Source: an uncultured archaeon
GTDB lineage: Archaea; Asgardarchaeota; Lokiarchaeia; Sigyniarchaeales; SOKP01
Assembly (NCBI GenBank): GCA_964525635.1
Contig: CAZGJX010000026.1
Location: 1 to 41,123, forward strand
Length of the DNA stretch: 41,123 bases
Reading direction: 5' to 3'
The notes under the pieces are model-generated. The model worked only from the letters and a program-made list of their open reading frames with translations. It was not told where the DNA came from and ran no database searches. Numbering within the stretch: position 1 is the first letter of the stretch; the number at the start of each line of letters is the position of its first letter. The position numbers and the translations under genes were made by a program. This document shows positions 1-10,894 of the stretch, piece by piece.

Positions 1-2
1 TC

Positions 3-1946
3 AAATATCTCGATATACTAAATGGATACTTTATAAATTATGATTTTGAGAATAATTTCATTTCAGGCCCTAATGCAAATCAAGTCAACACTCGAATTAA
101 CGATTTGTTTAAAAAACAAAATGGACAGTTTGATGAGGAAGCTTTTCTAAATTTCATCTGGAAAAATAGGGATGGAAGTTTTAAATATACATTTACGTAT
201 CCCGATGGCACCTCTGATAAATACACGACCAAAATGTGGTTATACGATATCTATCTCAAGACTAAAGATTATGAAGGAGACAATAGAAATATCATAGATT
301 TAAAGAATAGACTCGATTATTATTCAAAATTACCTGATTATGAAGATAATTTCAATGTCTTCGATGAAAGTTTCACAATTGAGGAAGCTATGTTTGCTGA
401 AATCTTATTTGAAGGGATCTTACAGCTTTTTGGACATTTTACCATCCGCCTTTCTTTTGCAAATATGCTGGATCATTATTACAACGGAGAAGGTATCGGA
501 ATTAAAATATTGCATAGAGGAGGACTTTTTTCAAAAAAATATTATATATTAGCAGATAAATTTAATCATATAGGGTTGATAACGCGTACAGGTCAAGTAA
601 ATAGACTATTGACAAAGAAAGGTTTTCTTGATTATAAATTGAATCATTTGTACGGTTATTTCTTCCTTAAATCTTTTATTAAGTTAGAATTAGATGATAA
701 TAATTTCTATGAACTCAATCTACCATATGGATCAATTATATCTGGGCTGGATGAGAGTCAGATCTCTAGAATATATGAGACTTCAAGGAGATCAGTTGAT
801 TATATACTTTCTGAAAAATTAGGTATTTTGTTCAATGCCCATTATCAAGATTTTTATGAATTGAATCCAGCACACAGATTCATTGAATCCCAGAACAATC
901 TATTTAAGCATTTAAAAGAAAAAGCGAAGGATGCTATTGATATCTTATATAAAGATAAGCATTTAGTTGATATGATAGGTCTTGATAGGATAGCAGAATT
1001 ATACTCTCAGATTATACAAGCAATCCATTATGGTGCTTATTCCGCAGCATCAAGTTCAGGAAAAGATATAAGGAGAATTATTGATGATTTCTTGCTAAAT
1101 AAAGATAGTACTATGAAATTGGTCTTTAATGGGATTGAACACCCCGATCCAAGGGTATCTGGAGACTTTTCGATCGAACTTAAGAAAAGCGAACTTTTAA
1201 AAGTAGACTTTATACATTGGGATGCTACAAATCAATTATATGGTTCTTCTGATGAGGTATCTTCTGTATTTACGCATACAAAGAGAGAGTATTTGCTTCG
1301 ACAGGTAGAAGACGTGAAACAGTACCTTATTGACGAAATAATCCTAAAAGAACAGCTTGGAAGTGGCAAAGTAAGATTATTTCCATTGGTTAATAGAGAA
1401 GGATGCGGTTATCAATTTATTTCACTCAGATATTTTGAAAATTATCGTTGGTATTTACCTCGAATAGTAGATAATAATCTTGGTTATTTCGATATAGACC
1501 TATCTAATTTCGGTACTGAGACATATAGAGAGAGTGAAATAAAATTAAGACATGTAATCAACATCATTCAGAGTATAGATTGTGTTGTTATTATGACTAA
1601 ATTAGATGATAATTTAAGAGAATTTGATGAAAGCGATGATGATAACAGAAAGCTTATAATTTCAGAAATGATATGCGCTTTTACTCGTGATAAAATTCTC
1701 AATGCTGGAGAAATTTATTCATTAAGAGCTTATGAAGCAGATCTTGGTGATTATAGATATCCTTATCGTGTAATTGTCCAATCTGACCTAAAAGATGAAA
1801 TAAATGAAATGAATTATCTGGATTCATGGAGTTATAATATGTTGTTTTCTAGGGGAGATTTAAAATGGTATAGGGAATTAATTAGAAACGATAGGGATAA
1901 ATATTGGGGATTATTTGATTATCTAAGAACTGGGTATTTCCCTTAA
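3..1946 (+). CDS. 3' part of a large hypothetical protein that runs in from beyond the window start
   Basis: The ORF track starts at TTG 105, but the same frame is open back to position 3 (AAA TAT CTC GAT...). No recognisable domain. Confidence 0.75.
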   Translation, partial: KYLDILNGYFINYDFENNFISGPNANQVNTRINDLFKKQNGQFDEEAFLNFIWKNRDGSFKYTFTYPDGTSDKYTTKMWLYDIYLKTKDYEGDNRNIIDLKNRLDYYSKLPDYEDNFNVFDESFTIEEAMFAEILFEGILQLFGHFTIRLSFANMLDHYYNGEGIGIKILHRGGLFSKKYYILADKFNHIGLITRTGQVNRLLTKKGFLDYKLNHLYGYFFLKSFIKLELDDNNFYELNLPYGSIISGLDESQISRIYETSRRSVDYILSEKLGILFNAHYQDFYELNPAHRFIESQNNLFKHLKEKAKDAIDILYKDKHLVDMIGLDRIAELYSQIIQAIHYGAYSAASSSGKDIRRIIDDFLLNKDSTMKLVFNGIEHPDPRVSGDFSIELKKSELLKVDFIHWDATNQLYGSSDEVSSVFTHTKREYLLRQVEDVKQYLIDEIILKEQLGSGKVRLFPLVNREGCGYQFISLRYFENYRWYLPRIVDNNLGYFDIDLSNFGTETYRESEIKLRHVINIIQSIDCVVIMTKLDDNLREFDESDDDNRKLIISEMICAFTRDKILNAGEIYSLRAYEADLGDYRYPYRVIVQSDLKDEINEMNYLDSWSYNMLFSRGDLKWYRELIRNDRDKYWGLFDYLRTGYFP

Positions 1947-1951
1947 TTCAA

Positions 1952-3154
1952 TTAATATTTAATCCATATACCTTTTTTACTTTTTAAGTATCCTTTAAAT
2001 TGACAGATGTCATCTTTGCCCTCACTCCATATATCTTTCTCGTTTTTTAATTTCTCTTCTATATTGTCTTTTATATAATTATGTTCAAGATAAATATACT
2101 CTAAATTGGGAAGTCTAAACAGCGAATAAGGTATCTCTTTAAGATCACAATCCATTAAAGACAGAATTTTTATATTGCTAAATTTACCGTTAAAATCAGG
2201 TGGTCTCTCTATTGGATTTTTGGATATACCTAATGCTTCTAAGCTAGGTAATTCATAAACCCAGTTAGGTATCTCTTTTATCTGATTACCACCTAGACTT
2301 AAGATTTTTAGATTTTTTAATTCTCTAATAATAGATATATTTTTTATATTATTATTTCCTAAATCCAATTCTTTAAGACTCTTGAATTTAGTAATACAGG
2401 CAGGAATCTCTTTTAGTCCAACGTTACGTAATCCTAATTTCATAACGCTCTTATCCTTTATTATAATATTCGTATAATCATTCTCATATTTTTCTATATA
2501 ATATTCTGGTTCATTTTCAAGATATAAATTGAGTTTTACATTAGTTAGCCTCTCCAGCTCTAAAAGTGCTGATGCCTCTTCCATATTCAGGAGCGCCATA
2601 ACTAATTCATCATGCTCCAAATATTCAAAATACCCTTCTTCTTTTAGAAATTCTAGCGTTGCTAAAAATCCGCTTTCCAGCCGCTTGGTGATCTCCTCTT
2701 TAAGCGCTCTTTTCGCAGTTAGATCTCCCTTCTTTGCCAACTTTTTTAGTAGCGGAAACGCTAAATTACTATGCAATAACCTCGTATCGTAATTATTTTC
2801 CGCCCAAGCTTGAAGATTCGAGCAATGGACCCAAAATGCCGTCTCTGGTGGAATATTAGGACGATTCTTTGTCATTTCCGAATATAAAAAAGCTGCTGCT
2901 TCTTTCGTATCCATAGGAGCTTTAATATTTAAAAAAGCGTTAGTTATTTTAAAATTCTCTTTCTCCCTAAAATCATCCGCTAATGATTTGAGCTCGTCAA
3001 TCGAATTTATTTCATTTATTTCCTCTAATCTCTCTGGGGCAATATTAAGCAATACGAATTTGCATTGTCGGAACATTTTCCCGCTAACATAAATAATCGT
3101 CTCGTCACCAAACAATTCAAGCGTGATATAATCGTTAATTTTACATTCTTTCAT
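1952..3154 (-). CDS. Leucine-rich repeat protein of the Lokiarchaeia-expanded type
   Basis: C-terminal LxxLxLxxNxI repeats (LKELDLGNNNI, LKILSLGGNQI, LEALGISKNPI, LEYIYLEHNYI). The N-terminal FWxHCSNLQAWAENNYDTRLLHSNLAFPLLKKL block is typical of Loki LRR proteins as I recall them. Confidence 0.9.
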   Translation of the reverse strand: MKECKINDYITLELFGDETIIYVSGKMFRQCKFVLLNIAPERLEEINEINSIDELKSLADDFREKENFKITNAFLNIKAPMDTKEAAAFLYSEMTKNRPNIPPETAFWVHCSNLQAWAENNYDTRLLHSNLAFPLLKKLAKKGDLTAKRALKEEITKRLESGFLATLEFLKEEGYFEYLEHDELVMALLNMEEASALLELERLTNVKLNLYLENEPEYYIEKYENDYTNIIIKDKSVMKLGLRNVGLKEIPACITKFKSLKELDLGNNNIKNISIIRELKNLKILSLGGNQIKEIPNWVYELPSLEALGISKNPIERPPDFNGKFSNIKILSLMDCDLKEIPYSLFRLPNLEYIYLEHNYIKDNIEEKLKNEKDIWSEGKDDICQFKGYLKSKKGIWIKY

Positions 3155-3518
3155 TTCTTCTAATTCTTCTAATAGATTATGGATTAAATGTATTTTTTGA
3201 TTTATCTAATAATAATAAAGAAAATCACTAATTAAAATCTATACTTCTAACTGTATATTTTCCATATTTTCTCTAAATCAATTGATTCTATACCAATATC
3301 ATAAGCACTATTAAATATGCTAAAGATATCTTCAATATCAATATATTTCCATAATATCAGGGATCCTTTTAGAGGGGATTAACGTATTTAATGAACACAG
3401 AAGTTACAAGGGGAAAAATGAGTTCTATTGTTATAACAAGGAAGATTTTAAATAGAACGAAATAATAGGTAAATATATACTTCAGAAAAAAAAAATCAAA
3501 ATAATTTACCAAAATAAA

Positions 3519-3989
3519 ATGGAAGAAAAGAATAACAAAATAGATAATTCTAATAACGAAAAAAAAACTGAAAATCCAATTACTCAAGGATTTAATAATT
3601 TAATCTCTAAAATGCAAAAGAACTTTAAAGATTTCCACCAAACACTTGAGGAGCAATCTAAAAAAGGAATTGAAAAGTGGGATGAAAAGCAAGAAAAAGT
3701 TAAAAGATTTTTTCAAACAGTTAAAAAAAACTGGGATAATAAATTAAATGAATGGAATGATGAAATCAAAAGAAAAGGAATTGAAACGAGAGAACAATGG
3801 GAAGCTAGTAAACAAAAAATAGCTCAAGATTTCGAAAATTGGCAGGAAAAAACAAAGAGAGATTGGGAAGAAGGGCTAAAACAATGGAATAAATTTTGGA
3901 TAAAAAGCTCATTCTTGTTCCTTTTCTTTATGACACCAATTCTGGTGGTTGTTATTATTATCGCAATTGTAATAACTATGGTTGATTAA
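3519..3989 (+). CDS. Helical, Trp-periodic protein with a C-terminal transmembrane anchor
   Basis: 156 aa. Amphipathic helix with Trp about every 7 or 11 residues; hydrophobic tail FLFLFFMTPILVVVIIIAIVI. Confidence 0.75.
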   Translation: MEEKNNKIDNSNNEKKTENPITQGFNNLISKMQKNFKDFHQTLEEQSKKGIEKWDEKQEKVKRFFQTVKKNWDNKLNEWNDEIKRKGIETREQWEASKQKIAQDFENWQEKTKRDWEEGLKQWNKFWIKSSFLFLFFMTPILVVVIIIAIVITMVD

Positions 3990-4120
3990 TTTATTTCAAA
4001 ATTCTATCCTTCTTTAAATATTCATTTTTTATATTTCTAAACGAATTTTAATAATAAAACCTATATTATCCCATATTTTATAATACTTAATATAATATTA
4101 ACTACTTAGATTTAGGATAT

Positions 4121-4909
4121 ATGAGATCACTTCCTTCTAATGTCAAGCGGATAGTTGTCAAAGTGAGCACACAGATGATCACAGATGGGGTTGCTGAGAT
4201 TTATTATGATAAAATAAAAAATTTTGTTAGGGAAATATCTGAATTAATTAAAGATAATTATGAAATAATTATTGTAACTAGTGGCGCTATAGGATGTGGG
4301 CTTGCTAAATTAGGATTGAATAAAAGACCACAAGATTATAAAAAATTACAAGCTTTAAGCGCTGTAGGGCAAGTTTATTTGATGAAACTCTATCAAGAAG
4401 AATTTTATAATTATGGTTTACACGTGGGACAAATTCTTTTATCTGCTGATGATATGAAAGATTCAGCTCGTCGAGAAAATACAAGAAATACAATAGAAGT
4501 CTTATTAAAAAAAGGGATTGTTCCAATTATAAATGAAAATGATTCTGTAGCGATTGAAGAATTAAGTTATGGTGATAATGATAAACTTTCAGGTTTAGTT
4601 TCGATCTTATTATTTGTAGATTTATTAATAATACTGACTGATGTTAAAGGTTTATGTGATAAAAATCCAAATATTCATTCTGATTCAAAAATTATTCCCC
4701 AAGTAGATAAGATTAATCATAATTTGGAAGAACTTGTTGAAGATATCGATGGTGGAATAACTTTTGGTGGTATGAAATCTAAAATTGATATTATAAAAAA
4801 GCTCACAAACATAGGGATTTCTTCCATAATTACTAGCTATGATGGAATATCTTTGAAAGATATATTAGAAGGAAAAGAAATTGGAACTTACTTTTTAGCT
4901 CAAAAATAA
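4121..4909 (+). CDS. proB: Glutamate 5-kinase (no PUA domain)
   Basis: Motifs IVVKV, VTSGAIGCG, QALSAVGQ, PIINENDSV, GDND, LTDVKGL, GGMKSK. Confidence 0.95.
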   Translation: MRSLPSNVKRIVVKVSTQMITDGVAEIYYDKIKNFVREISELIKDNYEIIIVTSGAIGCGLAKLGLNKRPQDYKKLQALSAVGQVYLMKLYQEEFYNYGLHVGQILLSADDMKDSARRENTRNTIEVLLKKGIVPIINENDSVAIEELSYGDNDKLSGLVSILLFVDLLIILTDVKGLCDKNPNIHSDSKIIPQVDKINHNLEELVEDIDGGITFGGMKSKIDIIKKLTNIGISSIITSYDGISLKDILEGKEIGTYFLAQK

Positions 4910-5037
4910 GAATTAATTTTAAAGACTATTTATCATTTTTATAGGAATAGATATTCAATCTTTTTCCATATTGTTTTTTAAATGATCAAATAATTCTCTT
5001 AATTATACTATTATTTAGATAAAAATTCTGTTAAACT

Positions 5038-6663
5038 ATGAAAATTATTGAGAAAAGTGATATAATGAAATTTAAATATAAAAAATCCCACTTAAAATTC
5101 TTAATTCTACTCTCTATAATATTTGCCACAACTTTCTATTTTAATATAATTAACGTGAATATTATTGAAGATATGATTGATAATAGTCATGAAGAAATAG
5201 ATACCTCACAAAATACTTCTGAATTATGAAATAAGATTAAAGCAGAGTCTTATAATTCTGTTGCGCTTGGAGATATTAACAATGATGATAAATTGGAAGT
5301 GATTGCCGGTTATGATGATGGGATATCTGCATTTGTAGGTGAGAATGGAACTCTTCTTTGGAATTCCACAATACAACCTTTTATTATGTATAGGGCTCCT
5401 TCTCTTGGAGACTTAAACGATGATGGAATATTAGATGTTGTTATTGGAGGTTTAGAAGATACAATGTCTGATGAGGGAATTATTTATGCAATAAATGGTG
5501 AGGATGGAAGTTCTCTTTGGAATTGTACGGTTGGTGGAGATTTTATAATTTCTTCTCCTACTCTTGGGGATCTGGATGATGATGGGAAATTAGAAGTGGT
5601 GATTGGAAGTTATGATAATAAAACGTATGCTATTAATGGTGAGGAAGGTTCATCTCTTTGGAATTTCACAACTGGTGGAATTATATATTCTTCTCCTGCG
5701 TTAGGGGATATAGATAATGATGGTAAATTAGAAGTAGTCATTGGAAGTCAAGATAATAAAACGTATGCTATTAATGGTGAGGAAGGTTCATCTCTTTGGA
5801 ATTATACAACCAATGGAGAAATTGTTTTTTCATCTCCTGCTCTTGGAGATATAGATAGTGATGAAAAATTAGAGGTAGTTATTGGAAGTACAGATAATAA
5901 AACGTATGCTATCAATGGTGAAGATGGAACACTTCTCTGGGTATATAATACTGAAGGTCTGGTATACTCATGTCCTTCATTAGGGGATATAGATGGAGAT
6001 GGTAGGTTAGAAATTGTTATTAGTAGTTATGATAATAAGACACATGCAATAAATGGTGAAGATGGAAGTACTCTCTGGAAATATAATATAACTCATTGCC
6101 CCTCTTTTTTTAACTCACTTATAGATCTAAACGACGATGATAAATTAGATGTCCTCATAGGAAGCATAGGAAATAAATTATATGCTCTAAACGGAGCAGA
6201 TGGAAATAAACTCTGGGAGATTAAATTAGGTGGTTATGTTTTTGCTTCTCCTGTTCTTGGTGATTTAAATGGTGATGAAAAACTTGAAATTGTCTTCTCA
6301 ACTGGAGATCTTGTTTTACATGTTTTAAGTATTTTAAATTCAGGGAAAAGAATATATTGGCAAGGTTTATCGGGAGCATCATCATTTAATAGAACAAAAA
6401 ATCAAGTTGATTTAGATTCTGATTTTGATATGCTTTCAGATTATTCAGAGGGAATATATGGTACAGATCCATATGATTCTGATAGTGATGATGATGGAGT
6501 GAATGATGGAAGAGAAGTGCATTTGGGAACAAATCCATTAGATCAAAATGATATTTCAACAACACCAACTAATATTGATATTCCTGGATATGATTTATTC
6601 ATTCTGATAGGGATAATTTCAATATCATTTGTATTTTTGATAAAGAAAATAATAAGAAACTAA
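5038..6663 (+). CDS. Surface beta-propeller (FG-GAP/PQQ-like repeat) protein with Ca-binding TSP3-like repeats and a PGY C-terminal sorting signal; interrupted by an in-frame TGA at 5227-5229
   Basis: ORFs 5038..5229 and 5293..6663 are in the same frame, separated by one TGA. Signal-peptide-like N-terminus; about seven 46-aa repeats (SSPALGDIDNDGKLEVVIGSxDNKTYAINGEDGSSLW); DSDxDxLSD/GTDP/GTNPL repeats; IPGYD + TM + KK tail. Confidence 0.8.
5614..5803 (+). repeat. 52-bp exact direct repeat (5614-5665 and 5752-5803), 138-bp period, within the propeller-blade repeats
   Basis: GATAATAAAACGTATGCTATTAATGGTGAGGAAGGTTCATCTCTTTGGAATT occurs twice; further degenerate copies follow. Confidence 0.9.
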
Positions 6664-6899
6664 TATATACTTAAAACTCTGAATATTATTTTTTTTTATA
6701 TTTTTCATTCTAATTCTTAATTCGTAAAAAGTAGTTATTCTTAAAGGAGTAAATAGTATTAATTTAAAATCATAAGTGATTTTAAATATTAAGTTCTTTA
6801 TTTATGATTATTGAGAAAAAACTATATGGTATTAAGCATTTAATTAAATAGAAAAATTTTGAATAATAAGAATCAACAATAAAATCAGAGTATATTATC

Positions 6900-8156
6900 A
6901 TGACTATTGAAGAAGAAATACTTAAAATAGGTAAAAATGCTCAGAAAGCAGCCTTTATTCTAAAGAATACACCAACATCATTAAAGAATAATGCAATATT
7001 GAAAATGGCAAGTGATTTAGAACATAATATTGATAAAATCATTGAAGCTAATAAAAAAGATATAGAAAACGCAAAAAGCAAAAACCTTGAACAATCAAAA
7101 ATAGATAGACTTGTTTTAAATTCTGAAAAAGTCCATAAAATTGCTAATAGATTAAGAGAGATTGCTGCCCAACCAGACCCTATTAATGAGGTCATTTCTA
7201 TGTGGAGAAGACCAAATGGGATGGATATAGGTTTAATACGAGTACCATTAGGAGTAATTGGAATAATATATGAATCAAGACCTAATGTTACAGCAGATGC
7301 AACAGGACTTGCATTAAAAGCAGGAAATGCAATACTCTTAAGAGGTGGCAGTGAGGCCATTAATTCAAATGTAATTATTGCAGATATATTACATAATGCT
7401 GCAGTAAATGAGGAATTGCCAGAGAATTGTATTCAGATTATTAAAAATATAGATAGGTCTTATGTTGATGCAATTTTAAGACTTAAGGAATATATCGATG
7501 TCATTATTCCAAGAGGAGGAGAGAGTTTAATTCAAAAAGTAGTCAGAAATTCACAAGTTCCAACAATTGAAACAGGAATAGGAATTGTTAGCATGTTTAT
7601 TAATTATGACGCTGATTTTGATATGGCTGATAGATTAATAATAAATTCTAAATGTTCATATCCCGCCGTATGTAATGCATTAGATAAAATACTGATTCAT
7701 GAAAAAATAAAAGATGTCTATATTCCAAGAATCATTCAACTTTTAAAGGATAATGATGTCGAGGTAAGAGGAGATGAAGGAACCTGTAAGCTTGTACCTG
7801 ATATCATTCTAGCTACAGAAGAAGATTGGAGGACTGAATATTTATCACTGAAAATTGGAGTGAAAATTGTTAAGGATATTAATGAAGCTATAAAAATAAT
7901 TACAAAATATGATTCCAAACATACTGAATCAATAATCACTAAAAATTATAATGATGCTCGTAAATTTTTAAATGAAGTTGATGCTGCTGCAGTTTATGTA
8001 AATGCAGCAACTAGATTAACGGATGGAGGGGTATTTGGACTTGGTTCTGAGATAGGTATATCTACTCAGAAACTCCATGCCAGAGGCCCTATGGGTTTAA
8101 AACAATTAACTTCAACTAAATATATAATTTATGGTAATGGGCAAATAAGAGAATAG
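6900..8156 (+). CDS. proA: Gamma-glutamyl phosphate reductase
   Basis: Motifs VPLGVIGIIYESRPNVT, LRGGSEA, IPRGG, VCNA, GSEIGISTQKLHARGPMGL. Confidence 0.97.
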   Translation: MTIEEEILKIGKNAQKAAFILKNTPTSLKNNAILKMASDLEHNIDKIIEANKKDIENAKSKNLEQSKIDRLVLNSEKVHKIANRLREIAAQPDPINEVISMWRRPNGMDIGLIRVPLGVIGIIYESRPNVTADATGLALKAGNAILLRGGSEAINSNVIIADILHNAAVNEELPENCIQIIKNIDRSYVDAILRLKEYIDVIIPRGGESLIQKVVRNSQVPTIETGIGIVSMFINYDADFDMADRLIINSKCSYPAVCNALDKILIHEKIKDVYIPRIIQLLKDNDVEVRGDEGTCKLVPDIILATEEDWRTEYLSLKIGVKIVKDINEAIKIITKYDSKHTESIITKNYNDARKFLNEVDAAAVYVNAATRLTDGGVFGLGSEIGISTQKLHARGPMGLKQLTSTKYIIYGNGQIRE

Positions 8157-8167
8157 ACTAAAAAATT

Positions 8168-8902
8168 CTATTTTCTCTGAGCACAAATTATCATTTCTCT
8201 ATATTCTTTCCATAAAATTTCTATATTGTTAAAACCACTTTTTTTTAGTAATTCCATATCCCGTGAAATAGATAATGGTTGATCATTCTCTTTTTCTTCT
8301 AAATCGTCCAGGAATTTACGAGTAGATTCATAATTTATAAATCTTTTATCACTTCCCTGAGTTCTCTTCATTATACCATCTATTCTTATTTCTTGAAATC
8401 TAGTCTCGATATTAGGATTATCTGCAACAATCACATCTGCGTAAATTAACCAACCATTTTTCTTAATAATTATCTTTAAAAAATTATATAATTGTTCTTT
8501 TTCATTTTCATTTAAATGGTGAAGAGCATATGAACTAAAAACTACATCAATTGATTCTAAATCCTGAATAATTTCATGTATATTTTTAAAGTCACATATT
8601 TGAAATTCAATATTTTCAGAATAATCATCTAACCTAATTTTAGCAATTTCGATCATAGCTTTAGCCCCGTCGATTCCAATTATATGAGCATTTGGGTATT
8701 TTTTAAGAAATTCAAAAGAAAAATATCCAGTACCAATTCCTAAATCTATTGCCTTTAAAGTAGAATCTACTTCATAAGGTAAAAATTCCAAGGCAATCCC
8801 CATCATTTTTACTCTATTTGGATGCATCTTATTCATGTTATCATCATATGAAATTACTCTACTATGTGAATTATACGCATTTATACTTCGATCTCCATTC
8901 AA
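8168..8902 (-). CDS. Class I SAM-dependent methyltransferase
   Basis: Motif I IDLGIGTG; IGID; VVFSSYALHHL. Confidence 0.9.
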   Translation of the reverse strand: MNGDRSINAYNSHSRVISYDDNMNKMHPNRVKMMGIALEFLPYEVDSTLKAIDLGIGTGYFSFEFLKKYPNAHIIGIDGAKAMIEIAKIRLDDYSENIEFQICDFKNIHEIIQDLESIDVVFSSYALHHLNENEKEQLYNFLKIIIKKNGWLIYADVIVADNPNIETRFQEIRIDGIMKRTQGSDKRFINYESTRKFLDDLEEKENDQPLSISRDMELLKKSGFNNIEILWKEYREMIICAQRK

Positions 8903-9012
8903 TTTAAAAACCTACTAGATTTATGAATAAATTAAAGATGAAAATAATAAATATATACCTTAATTCTATAAGATAATCAAATTCTTAAAAATTAAAAATT
9001 ATCACTTATTTT

Positions 9013-9669
9013 ATGATTGAAATATTCTTTATATCTTTTGTTGTTGCTTTAACTGGAGCCCTCTCACCAGGACCCGTTCTAACATTTACAATATATCGTT
9101 CTCTTAAATCAAAAAAAGGTTATTTAGCGGGTTTATTTATATCCTTAGGTCATGCAACCTTGGAATTTGCATTAATAGTTGCTCTGCTTCTAGGGGCTTC
9201 AATTTTTTTCCAAGATCCCTTTGTTTTATCGATTATCGGAATAGTTGGAAGTATCTTATTAATAATTTTTGGTATATTTGTAATAAAAGATGTATATTCT
9301 AATCCAATTGATTCAAATCTTAAAGAAACGAATGAAAATGATGTTAAAGGTTTTAAAGGAAATTCTTTTTTAGGTGGAATTATAGTTAGTCTATCTAATC
9401 CCTATTGGACTCTCTGGTGGGCAGTAATCGGATTAAGTCTGATGATAACATATAAAATAAGTTTTCAAGAACCTTTCAGTTTAATTTTATTTTATTTAGG
9501 TCATGAATTAGGAGATTTAGCTTGGTTTTGGCCAATATCTATTTTTGTCTATTTTGGAGGAAAATCACTCAATGTTAAATTCTATAAATGGATCCTAGTT
9601 TTTTGTGGTATATTTATGATTGGATTTGGTATTTATTTAGGATTCAATTTAATTTTCAATCCTCTATGA
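9013..9669 (+). CDS. LysE family transporter
   Basis: GALSPGP, LGHA and SNPYWTLWW motifs; about six TM segments. Confidence 0.9.
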   Translation: MIEIFFISFVVALTGALSPGPVLTFTIYRSLKSKKGYLAGLFISLGHATLEFALIVALLLGASIFFQDPFVLSIIGIVGSILLIIFGIFVIKDVYSNPIDSNLKETNENDVKGFKGNSFLGGIIVSLSNPYWTLWWAVIGLSLMITYKISFQEPFSLILFYLGHELGDLAWFWPISIFVYFGGKSLNVKFYKWILVFCGIFMIGFGIYLGFNLIFNPL

Positions 9670-9736
9670 GTTTTTAGATAGAAAAATGAATCTGTAAAAT
9701 AAAGTTAAGATTTTGTAGTAAAAATAATTGATATAT

Positions 9737-10894
9737 CTAACCTAAATTTTCTTTTTTTCTAAAATATTTTATTACAGCAGCATATTTCTTTGCTGAAATG
9801 ATCTTAGGATTTTGTCTATAATAATATGGTATTTTAGCATCACATCGAGAACATAACGTTGAATTCTTGAGCCAATTTTTAAATTCATCTGCATGAGCAG
9901 GATAATTACAATTTGGACATAGAATTATGCCTCGATTTTGATCTTCTGGATGTTTCGGTAAGTTAAAACAAAATATACACTTAAAATCCTCTAATGAAAG
10001 TATTCCTGCTTTAGGTTTTAAACTCTCTAATTCTTTAATTATTTTTTCTCTACTTACTTTTGGTTTAGGAGTTGGTTTAGAAGCGGGTTTGGAGGAACTT
10101 ACTGTTCTAGGTTTCTGAGTTCTAGGTTTCTGAGTTCTAGGTTTCTGAGTTCTAGGTTTTTGAGTTTTAGTTCTTTGGGTACGGGGTTTTGTTTGTCTGC
10201 GGGGTCTTGCTCTATCTGAAGCAATGGAGGCAATTTGAGATCGTCGTCTTCTAAGTAATTCTTGAGAAACTTCTGAAGTTCTTTTAGGTGTTTTAATGAT
10301 TCCATATATAAACAAAAATATTGTTATTAAAATTGAGAAAAAAAGAACCAAATCAGGAGTAGTATATTTAGGATAAAAATCAAAAAACATTTTATTTTCT
10401 GAAATAAATATCAGAAAAATTATATTGAATAAGAAAATAAAAAAAGAAATTATAATTCCAAATTTCCGAACTTTCATAGGTTTACTTTTGTAAATATAGA
10501 CTACTTCATATTTTCTAATACAAGAAAAAATTGAAGCAAATCCAGAGAATATTAGTGGAAATGAAAAAAATAAAATCCATGGAGTAATAAAAAAAAAAAA
10601 GTCAATCTCCCATAACTCAAATAAATTTAGATTAAACAATTCTATTTCTGTATAATAACCCGAATATAAATAAAAAAAACCCGTAAATATAATACCTAAA
10701 GTAAAAAAAGAAGTATTATGTGGAGAATTAAATTCTTTAAAAGTTTTAACTTTATTTTGATATTTTATTATAAACAGAAACCATAATCCAATTAGTATCC
10801 AAGAAAAAAAAATATTATAAGATTCTTCAATTAATCCTTGAATAATAGCAATTAAAAAACTGATAAAAAATATTATAATTGATGTTTTTTTGAT
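9737..10894 (-). CDS. Multi-pass membrane protein with a C-terminal RING-like Zn finger (putative E3 ligase); probably 85 codons longer than the ORF track call
   Basis: C-terminal CxxC..CxxC..HxxE..W..CxxC. The frame is open from 10639 up to an ATC at 10894, which is preceded by a GGTGA Shine-Dalgarno-like motif; the extension adds hydrophobic helices. Last gene of the Ubl-E1-E2-JAMM run. Confidence 0.75.
   Translation of the reverse strand: MKKTSIIIFFISFLIAIIQGLIEESYNIFFSWILIGLWFLFIIKYQNKVKTFKEFNSPHNTSFFTLGIIFTGFFYLYSGYYTEIELFNLNLFELWEIDFFFFITPWILFFSFPLIFSGFASIFSCIRKYEVVYIYKSKPMKVRKFGIIISFFIFLFNIIFLIFISENKMFFDFYPKYTTPDLVLFFSILITIFLFIYGIIKTPKRTSEVSQELLRRRRSQIASIASDRARPRRQTKPRTQRTKTQKPRTQKPRTQKPRTQKPRTVSSSKPASKPTPKPKVSREKIIKELESLKPKAGILSLEDFKCIFCFNLPKHPEDQNRGIILCPNCNYPAHADEFKNWLKNSTLCSRCDAKIPYYYRQNPKIISAKKYAAVIKYFRKKENLG
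10104..10163 (-). repeat. 4 x 15-bp coding tandem repeat (QKPRT)n
   Basis: GTTCTAGGTTTCTGA x3 plus one single-mismatch copy on the + strand. Confidence 0.95.

Noticed and set aside
5227-5229. Selenocysteine at the propeller-gene UGA
   Set aside because: The codon aligns with Trp, not Cys, and I saw no SECIS-like structure after 6663.
10104-10163. CRISPR array
   Set aside because: Contiguous 15-bp coding tandem repeat with no spacers; no cas genes in the window.
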